DNA of 64,000 nucleotides, taken from contig JAJYUZ010000002.1 in assembly GCA_021792255.1 (NCBI GenBank), positions 349,071 through 413,070 on the forward strand, in the 5' to 3' direction. The notes under the pieces are model-generated. The model saw only the letters and a program-made list of their open reading frames with translations. It did no database searches and had not been told where the DNA came from. This DNA is from Thermoplasmata archaeon (GTDB taxonomy: Archaea > Thermoplasmatota > Thermoplasmata > Thermoplasmatales > GCA-001856825). This document shows positions 57,005-64,000 of the stretch, one piece after another. The position numbers and the translations under genes were made by a program. Positions within the stretch are counted from its first letter, which is position 1; each line of letters starts with the position of its first letter.

Positions 57005-57669
57005 CCCACAAATCTTCAGCTCCATCCGTCGAGGGCTTCAGCAAAGTTTCTTTCTGGAGAGAAGACACCGTTGGCGTGGTCTCGCTACTTTCTCCGGGAC
57101 ACATCAACAACGCACTTCTGGACGAGCTAATCCGTGTTTTTTCCATTGCGGCGCTCGACGATAAGGTCTCTTCTATTTTAATAACAGGATCAAATTATGT
57201 CTTTTCCAGGGGTTTAGCCATCCCTGAGAATAGAGCCTATGCGGATATGAGGGATTTCTACAACAGGATTCAAAGTCTAGTCCTATTCTGGATATCGCTT
57301 GAAAAACCTATCTTTTCAGCGATCAACGGAATAGCAACAAACAACGGTCTATCGCTCGCTCTCTTGGCCGATGAGGTATTTTACTCGGCAAACAGTAAGT
57401 TTGTTTTGGATAAGGAAGAGCCAACTATCTTGTTAGGCAGTACGACCATACCGGACAAAGTCTTGCTACCTGCAGGAGACCTGAAAATTAAAGGTATCGA
57501 AGTGAAAAAAGAGGAAATGATGGAAGATGTATTCGAGAAGACAAAAAAACTTCAAAGCATTCTATATCATAGAGCGAGAAGGAAGAGGTTCCAAAATATA
57601 GACCAGGTATTGCTGCAAGAAGAGATAGATTTCCTCGATTTTTACCTCTGGTGTGAAGGTTGCAAATGA
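57001..57669 (+). CDS. Divergent crotonase (enoyl-CoA hydratase/isomerase) fold protein
   Basis: NAL, LITGS..FSRG, LEKPIFSAING, LALLAD. Confidence 0.75.
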   Translation: MTHKSSAPSVEGFSKVSFWREDTVGVVSLLSPGHINNALLDELIRVFSIAALDDKVSSILITGSNYVFSRGLAIPENRAYADMRDFYNRIQSLVLFWISLEKPIFSAINGIATNNGLSLALLADEVFYSANSKFVLDKEEPTILLGSTTIPDKVLLPAGDLKIKGIEVKKEEMMEDVFEKTKKLQSILYHRARRKRFQNIDQVLLQEEIDFLDFYLWCEGCK

Positions 57670-57744
57670 GGTCAATATCCAGCCAAAAGAATAATGACTA
57701 ACGCCCTGCTTTTTGAACGCATCGAGCGATATTTTATTATAATT

Positions 57745-57942
57745 CTACTTCTGAGGAGCTGGGGTTGCTGTCTCTAGCTTCGTGGCCTCGTTTATTTCCC
57801 GTTCCACTTCCATTTTTCCTTTCCGAAACTCGCCCATCGCCCGACCCATTGCTTTTGCGACCTCAGGTATCTTCTTCGCTCCGCCAAGAACAAGCAGAAC
57901 GACCACAATGAGTATGATCCAGTCTGTTGGACTTTCTAGCAC
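57745..57942 (-). CDS. tatA: TatA family protein (copy 1)
   Basis: DWIILIVV..LGGAKKIPEVAKAMGRAMGEFRKG; start GTG 57942 inferred. Confidence 0.9.
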   Translation of the reverse strand: MLESPTDWIILIVVVLLVLGGAKKIPEVAKAMGRAMGEFRKGKMEVEREINEATKLETATPAPQK

Positions 57943-58285
57943 CGATATCGGATTTAAGCCGTCTATATTAACGTAATGGTAACTCATGTCATAAGGTAGG
58001 AATCACCAAAATCTTTACTAGACCTCACGATGCTGCTCTGATCGATGATCTGCTGCTAAATACCTAAAACAAAGGATAGGAAGCACGAGTACTCATCTTT
58101 TCTTCTAGTGATTCAAACGAATAGACCTAAATGCACATTTCTACGTAAAAACATACTGCGTTCTTCAATTTGTGATAGTCAAAAATCAAAATTTTTGATA
58201 TGTTGCTCTCAGTCACTCCCTTAGATAAAGTGAGAAAAATTGCTGATAGGCTATTTAGCAGACTTCGGTACTGTAGTTAAAGACA

Positions 58286-58453
58286 TTATTTTTCTATCTG
58301 TTCCAGCTCTTTTTCGACTTCTTTCTTTCCCTTGTCGAATTCGCCTTTTGCACGACCCAGACTCTTTGCCAATTCCGGAATCTTCTTTGCGCCCCCAAGT
58401 ACGACGAGGGCAACTACTATTAGTATTATCCAGTCAGTGGCACTTCCTATCAT
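58286..58453 (-). CDS. tatA: TatA family protein (copy 2, 55 aa)
   Basis: Read by hand: MIGSATDWIILIVVALVVLGGAKKIPELAKSLGRAKGEFDKGKKEVEKELEQIEK. Confidence 0.9.
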   Translation of the reverse strand: MIGSATDWIILIVVALVVLGGAKKIPELAKSLGRAKGEFDKGKKEVEKELEQIEK

Positions 58454-58830
58454 CTTTTCTCCAATGAGCTATCATTAATTCTTATTTAATCCTAAGTTTT
58501 GTTTCTGAAGATCGCTAAGAGAATGTTGAAGAGATGAATGACGGAGAGTTATCAACGAAGTCCGGACCTAAGTTTCAATGGAAGATTTTCCTAAGTCCAA
58601 GATAATAAATGTAAATCAAAAAGGTTACCTAACTTATGTCTAAATAGGGATCCTATCTGGGATGTCAAAATCGTATTCTAAACTTTAGATCTAAAAAGCT
58701 GATCGGGCTTGCTTCAACCGTTTAGAGAAACACAGATATCGAGACGTGCGCTCGTACGCTACGGTGCATAAATTTTGTCACCCCAGAATTTAGGTTAGTC
58801 GATCATTAAAGTTCTTCACAGATACGTCTG

Positions 58831-59394
58831 TCATTGAGTACCTTTAATTCTGACGTATCCTTCACCTAATTGTTGTTCAAATTCTTTATAGCCGTATACA
58901 GTAAGGAAGCACTTCGCTCCTTCTGCAGTCAACTTGGAGGCAGTGATGCTATAACCGCTTCCTATCATTAAGACTTCCACGTCATCATCGACTCTCCTTA
59001 TTTCGAGTCTGTCAGTGGGGAGAAAGGACTCAAATTCTTGAACGAGTTTGGATAAGTCGTCGATGCTTTTCGCAATTCCCTTGACCAATTCTCCGAATAT
59101 CCTTCCCCTATCGCACCACATCTTCATCATATCTTCTTCAGCACATTTAACGGCTGCGGTCACGCTTAAGTCCAACATAATCGCTGAAATTGGGACCGCA
59201 CCAATGGACTTGGATATTTCGTGAAATCTTATCATGCTTTCAATCTGATCTTTACTAATGTGATTCTTCTTCAATTTCTCGTACAGATCTACGGATTCAG
59301 TTATAACAGACCCGATGGTCTTACCTTCTTCTTTGCTCAGTTCTTGAATTCCTTTTGCTTGTTCGTTTGAGAGAGAAATATTGAGTCTTGCCAT
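58831..59394 (-). CDS. Ribbon-helix-helix regulator with C-terminal V4R-like sensor domain
   Basis: N-terminal RLNISLS beta-strand plus two helices (EEGKTIGSVITES); C-terminal domain assignment is inference. Confidence 0.65.
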   Translation of the reverse strand: MARLNISLSNEQAKGIQELSKEEGKTIGSVITESVDLYEKLKKNHISKDQIESMIRFHEISKSIGAVPISAIMLDLSVTAAVKCAEEDMMKMWCDRGRIFGELVKGIAKSIDDLSKLVQEFESFLPTDRLEIRRVDDDVEVLMIGSGYSITASKLTAEGAKCFLTVYGYKEFEQQLGEGYVRIKGTQ

Positions 59395-59453
59395 TTTAGA
59401 TAATTATATCTAAGAAGCCTAAAAAAGTTGTGATATCTTCTAATGTACTTGTT

Positions 59454-59491
59454 TGCACCCATGCGTGCATTGCAGTGCGCACATAGGTGCA
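59454..59491. promoter_or_regulatory. 38-bp imperfect palindrome (candidate operator)
   Basis: TGCACCCATGCGTGCATTG|CAGTGCGCACATAGGTGCA, 15 of 19 arm positions complementary; abuts TAATATA at about 59498. Confidence 0.6.
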
Positions 59492-59533
59492 CGATACGTA
59501 ATATACTGTTTAAACTTGTTTAGTCGACCTAAG

Positions 59534-60979
59534 ATGATTCCAGAAAAGACATTTTACGCGATTGTGGTTGCCTTGATAATTGTGGGAGGAGTGGGTATAG
59601 GAGTTGCGTACGATCACGCAGTTTCTGTTACCACCCAACCTAATCCCAATAATCATGGAAATCAAACAACGCAAAGTGCATACTACCCACTGACCATCGC
59701 GATAACTACTAACAACCAGTTTAACAGTACGATCGGAGCCCAACCTGCGTTCTTTGTTTTAAAAGACGGTAAACTTCTGTCAACAGCTAATATCAGCCTT
59801 CCCGCAAATAAGCAGATAAATCTGACCATCATAAACTACGATGACGGAAGTGCCCCAACTCCAGCTCAATACGACAAGGTTGTCGGAACGGTTAACAGTC
59901 AGATAACGATATTTAACAATACCAACGTCAACTCGACTTTCAATGGACAAAGCATTAATGTTGTAGGTGGCGAGAAAGTTACAATAGTTCCAAACGGCAC
60001 TGTGGCCCACACATTTACGATACTGAACGGGTCAACTACAGTCGTAAACATCCCCATAACACCCTCCTCAATAACACAGACCTCATTCACACTCAGTTCT
60101 GGTAGCTACACCTGGCAGTGTGAAGCTGCCTGCGGTTCAGGCTCTTCTGGATGGGAAGGAGCTATGTCAACTCCAGGATGGATGGCAGGAACGGTCTACG
60201 TTTCTGGATCTGTACCTGCACCCATATCCCAGATATACTACGCGACTCTCGTAATCACCACGGAAAATTTCTATAACTCTACGGTTGGAAACCAACCAGC
60301 CTTTTTCTTGCTACAAAATGGGACCTTGTACTCAACGGCCGTGCTGAATTTTCCTTCCAATAAGGAAATAGGACTCACTATAATCAATTATGATGATGGT
60401 AATGGATCCACTCCAGCACAGTTTTCCAATGTGACAGGAACAACCGGTAATCAGATATCGATTGTGAACAATACAAACGTAAATTCTACCGAAGGTAGCG
60501 GCAGTATTAACGTGGTTGGAGGGGCCTCGGTCTCTCAAGTTCCGGATTCAAACATTGCTCATACGTTCACAGTTCTAAGTGCGAGTAACAGTGTCGTATT
60601 GAACATTCCAATAGTACCTTCTAGCACAGAATTTGCAACTTTTACTCTGAACTCAGGAAACTACAGCTGGCAGTGTGAAGCAGCTTGTGGCTCAGGCTCT
60701 TCCGGATGGGAAGGAGCTATGTCAACTCCAGGATGGATGGCAGGAACGGTCCTAGTATCGGCTTCCTTGTCTGCACAAGCATTCTACAATACGCCTGCTG
60801 TGATTCAATCATTATCTCACCTCTTCGAAATTAATGATCTGCTATCTTCTTCGACAGGTCTGAGTCTACTCGTGCACTCAATGATCCTGATCCACTCAAC
60901 TGTGGCCTCATTCAACATAGGCAAAGCAGCTGTCGCGACTCAGTCTCTAAATATGCAGAGCGCGGTCCACGTTTCATGA
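59534..60979 (+). CDS. Membrane-anchored tandem cupredoxin-like glycoprotein
   Basis: N-terminal TM; two ~185-aa repeats, each with LTIINYDDG, AHTFT and GxYxWQCEAACG..GAMSTPGWMAGTV; many N-x-S/T sequons. Confidence 0.75.
   Translation: MIPEKTFYAIVVALIIVGGVGIGVAYDHAVSVTTQPNPNNHGNQTTQSAYYPLTIAITTNNQFNSTIGAQPAFFVLKDGKLLSTANISLPANKQINLTIINYDDGSAPTPAQYDKVVGTVNSQITIFNNTNVNSTFNGQSINVVGGEKVTIVPNGTVAHTFTILNGSTTVVNIPITPSSITQTSFTLSSGSYTWQCEAACGSGSSGWEGAMSTPGWMAGTVYVSGSVPAPISQIYYATLVITTENFYNSTVGNQPAFFLLQNGTLYSTAVLNFPSNKEIGLTIINYDDGNGSTPAQFSNVTGTTGNQISIVNNTNVNSTEGSGSINVVGGASVSQVPDSNIAHTFTVLSASNSVVLNIPIVPSSTEFATFTLNSGNYSWQCEAACGSGSSGWEGAMSTPGWMAGTVLVSASLSAQAFYNTPAVIQSLSHLFEINDLLSSSTGLSLLVHSMILIHSTVASFNIGKAAVATQSLNMQSAVHVS
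60149..60751 (+). repeat. Perfect 48-nt direct repeat (60149-60196 and 60704-60751)
   Basis: ggatgggaaggagctatgtcaactccaggatggatggcaggaacggtc occurs twice, 555 bp apart. Confidence 0.9.
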
Positions 60980-60983
60980 GGGG

Positions 60984-61688
60984 ATGCGTCTGAAGTCTAC
61001 CGAAAGAGCACCAGATGAACAAAAAAGAAACTTCCTCAAGATAATGGGGACTCTAATCATAGGTGTCGGAATGGTGGGAACGCTGAGGAGTGTAGTGCAG
61101 TACATTATTCCACCTTCGACGCAGGCTGAAACGTCCTTTCCGGTTTTAACTCTAGTCTTAGCGAACGGTAACCCTATTCACACTTCGGATTTGATTGTCA
61201 ACAATTCTGCGACCGTGACCTTTGATTATCCTCTTCAGGGTGAACCAAATTTTCTCTTGAGACTTGGAGATTCTGGCAACACTGATGTCAAAATCCCGCC
61301 ATCAAAGGTCTCAATACCATCAACCGGGGGGTCGTACCAGTCACCAGGCGGAGTCGGACCCTACGGCTCCGTTGTTGCGGCTTCTGCAATCTGTGAGCAT
61401 CTAGGTTGCGTTCCTCCGGAGATAAAATTCTTTCCTCCGTCTTCCTCGACCACCCCAGGAAAAATACACTGCAGCTGTCACGGAAGCACTTACGATCCTT
61501 ACTCGGGCTTCAGTGTAGTCACTGGTCCGACGAGGATTCCACTGCCGAGTCTGGTGCTATCGTATGACTCAACTCAGGACACATATGCGGCCACAATGAT
61601 GGTGGGTCCAACTCTATACGGTCACACATCTGATCTGTCTGGAGGAAATGCAATCACGACGAAGGGTACCGTCGTGAGCACCACATAA
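60984..61688 (+). CDS. Rieske iron-sulfur protein (SoxL-like)
   Basis: Tat-like KRNFLK; CEHLGC and CSCHGSTYDP; GP...PLP. Confidence 0.92.
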   Translation: MRLKSTERAPDEQKRNFLKIMGTLIIGVGMVGTLRSVVQYIIPPSTQAETSFPVLTLVLANGNPIHTSDLIVNNSATVTFDYPLQGEPNFLLRLGDSGNTDVKIPPSKVSIPSTGGSYQSPGGVGPYGSVVAASAICEHLGCVPPEIKFFPPSSSTTPGKIHCSCHGSTYDPYSGFSVVTGPTRIPLPSLVLSYDSTQDTYAATMMVGPTLYGHTSDLSGGNAITTKGTVVSTT

Positions 61689-61699
61689 GAGGGAATGCT

Positions 61700-63304
61700 A
61701 TGGCTAAACAAAATTTGTTAGAAAAGGTGATGAACGAACCGCAGCCTCTCCCTAGGAAAGTTCCGGATTACATGCGAAAGAAGGGAGGGATATGGTACTG
61801 GACAGGAGCAATACTCATGATAACATTTCTCTACGAATCCTTGACAGGTCTCATTCTACTGTTCTATTATCAACCTGCCCATCCATACAGTAGCACCGGC
61901 ACGATCCTAGCTATGCCCTATGGAACAGTGCTGCTGACGACTCACCTCTATGCAGCGTACATAATGATCGCTTTTCTCTACATTCATCTTCTCCGAAATC
62001 TATTCGTTGGTGCGTACAAGAAACCGCGCCAGATGCAGTGGTTGACCGGTATTCTCCTACTTCTAGTCACTATCGGAGTGGTCTATTTCGGATACTCTAT
62101 GTCTGGTGACGTCCTCTCTGCAGACGCCACGGACGTCGGAAGGGGAATAGCTGCTGGAGCTCCATTGATAGGATCATACTTGAGATCAATATTCTTTGGA
62201 TCGGGCACCTCTCTCTCTCTTTTTATGAGACTGGAGGGATGGCACATAGTTTTAGCAGGGGTCATCTTGGCAATGTTTGCACTTCACTTTTACCTAGCGG
62301 AGTACAATACAATTATGCCGTCTCCGAAACATGCGGAATTCAAAGTTCCTGCGGTGGACAATGACGATCCTTCTTACAAGCCATGGTATCCATACAATCT
62401 CCTTTACATGGGTCAGGTATCATTTTTTACGCTGGCAATGATATTCATCATACCCTCTGTCTTGGCTATACTTCCCAATGTTCCCGTACTGTTCTCGCCA
62501 TTTCCTCAGGTTTCGGTTTCTAGCCCACTAGCCTCCTCTGTGCCTGCCTATCCTCCGTGGATTCTCTTGTTTATCTACAAGGAGTTGGATTTTGGTATAT
62601 CCTCTATAATAGGTCCATTCTGGGCTTCCCTTATATTCATAGGTCTCCCAGTGGGTTATCTTCTTTTCATTCCCTATCTGGACAGGAATGATTCTCTCAA
62701 GCTGTCAAGGAGAAAAGCGGTCTTGTACACAGGTATCTTGGGTCTTTTTTATTACATCGGCCTCTCGGTCTGGGGTGCGATGGAACCAGGAGTACCGGTC
62801 AGCAACCTGGTGGGGTTTCTGTTTTTTGCAGTACCAATGCTAGTGGTCATCCCTGTGTCGCTATACATGATCAAGAAAGTCGAAGCAGCGAAATCGAACT
62901 TGGGAAATAACCTGTGGAAACTGTATTCGATCCTGCCGGTCATAGGATTTTTGGCCATACTTGTGGGCATTACGAGCTACATGTTCTTGGATGGTCTAAG
63001 CTATTACGACCTTGCTGCGCTTATCTTTGTCCTAGTACTACTTGCCATTTCTTCACTATATGCATACGGTTGGATATACGGAATCAAGGAAAATACGAAG
63101 AACATCAAGATGAGTGAAAGGGGACACCTTGTATTTGGCGGTATCTACGGTTTCCTTGCCATTGTAATCTTCACCATGATATCAGATATTCCTCCCACAA
63201 AAGTCGAGTACCAAGCTCTCTATGGAATCGGTATCGGGTTGCTGTTCGTCCTTGGAGGTGCCTTTACAAAACTGTATAGATCCTATGCCTATCACGAGGG
63301 TTAG
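61700..63304 (+). CDS. Cytochrome b of a Rieske/cyt b complex (SoxN-like, extended C-terminus)
   Basis: Two H-x13-H heme helices, GAYKKPR..WLTG, PPWI (PEWY-equivalent); many TMs. Confidence 0.92.
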   Translation: MAKQNLLEKVMNEPQPLPRKVPDYMRKKGGIWYWTGAILMITFLYESLTGLILLFYYQPAHPYSSTGTILAMPYGTVLLTTHLYAAYIMIAFLYIHLLRNLFVGAYKKPRQMQWLTGILLLLVTIGVVYFGYSMSGDVLSADATDVGRGIAAGAPLIGSYLRSIFFGSGTSLSLFMRLEGWHIVLAGVILAMFALHFYLAEYNTIMPSPKHAEFKVPAVDNDDPSYKPWYPYNLLYMGQVSFFTLAMIFIIPSVLAILPNVPVLFSPFPQVSVSSPLASSVPAYPPWILLFIYKELDFGISSIIGPFWASLIFIGLPVGYLLFIPYLDRNDSLKLSRRKAVLYTGILGLFYYIGLSVWGAMEPGVPVSNLVGFLFFAVPMLVVIPVSLYMIKKVEAAKSNLGNNLWKLYSILPVIGFLAILVGITSYMFLDGLSYYDLAALIFVLVLLAISSLYAYGWIYGIKENTKNIKMSERGHLVFGGIYGFLAIVIFTMISDIPPTKVEYQALYGIGIGLLFVLGGAFTKLYRSYAYHEG

Positions 63305-63455
63305 TCGATGGAATGATGGTGTGTACAGACTCTCTAGGAAGGGCGCATGCCTCGAATTGCAATTCCTTGACAGAAATGGAGAGCATCAACGGGTCCTCTT
63401 CCTTGAGCCTATGGAGTCACACTGCTTTCGAATCGTGGAGGATTCTAGTCTATGA
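63285..63455 (+). CDS. Small hypothetical protein (56 aa)
   Basis: Overlaps the cyt b stop; ATGA overlap with the next ORF. Confidence 0.4.
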   Translation: MPITRVSRWNDGVYRLSRKGACLELQFLDRNGEHQRVLFLEPMESHCFRIVEDSSL

Positions 63456-63631
63456 AAACTATTGAGATACTCTGTCCAAAATGCGGATCGAAGAGTCTGA
63501 CTGCTAAAGAACCATCGGAGGTCGATTTTGTCTGTGACCTAGCGATTCCTTTCATCTGTAAATCGTGCGGATACAATGGGTTGATAAGTGTTTGCAGGAG
63601 AGACGGGAGCGTCCAGGTTCAGCTAAAGTGA
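63452..63631 (+). CDS. Small zinc-ribbon protein (59 aa)
   Basis: Read by hand: CPKCGS...CKSCGY; SD GGAGGA upstream. Confidence 0.65.
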   Translation: MKTIEILCPKCGSKSLTAKEPSEVDFVCDLAIPFICKSCGYNGLISVCRRDGSVQVQLK

Positions 63632-63877
63632 ACACTGGTCTTAAAACTCTATCAAATCTATCGGCATAGAATCATTACGCCGCTTCCCGATTGCTTTAAA
63701 GGAGATGCTATTCTCGACAAACTTGGTCGTGTTACCCTGTTTGAAAATTGGCCCATATTCAATCTCACCAGAAAGCTAATATAGAGTGTTGCCCTTACTT
63801 TCTTTTGCCGTTACATGCGACAGGCTAGATAGTCCTTTTGGACAGCATGAAAGTCTGGTTCCTGAGCGGCGAGATGA

Positions 63878-63908
63878 ATGAGGATTCGAACATGTTTATC
63901 GAATCTGA
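63878..63908 (+). promoter_or_regulatory. K-turn (C/D-like) hairpin in the 16S pre-rRNA leader
   Basis: ATGAGGA..GATTCGA/TCGAATC..CTGA; TAATATA promoter-like at about 63778. Confidence 0.5.
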
Positions 63909-63966
63909 GATGGGAAGAGAATATCCATTCCGCAATCCTATATTTTCATGGTAGAATCAAACGGCA

Positions 63967-64000
63967 ACTCCGGTTGATCCTGCCGGCGGTCACTGCTATC
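63967..64000 (+). rRNA. rrs: 16S rRNA, 5' end (truncated by window)
   Basis: ACTCCGGTTGATCCTGCCGG, universal archaeal 16S start. Confidence 0.95.

Noticed and set aside
58617-59414. dif-like half sites TTATGTCTAAA (58634) and TTATATCTAAG (59404)
   Set aside because: No matching left arm at the 6-bp spacing needed for an 11-6-11 dif site
1-64000. CRISPR arrays, tRNA genes, IS elements, inteins, stop-codon recoding
   Set aside because: None detected by eye; a tRNAscan-SE or CRISPR-finder run would be needed to exclude them formally

Overview
This is a 64-kb chromosomal window from an archaeon of class Thermoplasmata. The assignment is inferred from the 16S rRNA 5' end (ACTCCGGTTGATCCTGCCGGCGGTCACTGCTATC at 63967), archaeal r-proteins, a Thermoplasma-like L24 and SecY, and the lack of L34e/L14e in the superoperon. 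Most of it is core genome. 1-25 kb holds housekeeping and metabolic genes (apgM, hom, truD, bcp, thyX, lsrF, S9 peptidase, gltD-like, queG-like, xerA, rpiA, nrdJ). 27-42.7 kb is the L3-to-Cbf5 ribosomal superoperon. Next come L44e-S27e-aIF2a-Nop10-PAC2, ileS, nmd3, asnS and pyrF-AcnX. At 56-63.6 kb is a respiratory and export island: tatC, two tatA, an RHH-type regulator, a tandem cupredoxin-like protein, Rieske, cytochrome b and two micro-ORFs. I saw no CRISPR array, tRNA, transposase or provirus by eye. Main leads: (i) a Rieske/cyt b operon with no c-type cytochrome, headed by a two-domain His/Cys-x3-Cys/Met cupredoxin-like protein and preceded by a 38-bp palindrome; (ii) a bacterial-type QueG in an archaeon; (iii) a three-way-junction leader upstream of rpl3 plus several other structured intergenic RNA candidates; (iv) apparent non-canonical starts (CTG for cbf5, ACG for nmd3); (v) an AcnX small subunit-Nudix fusion. 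All family calls are from motif recognition, not database searches.
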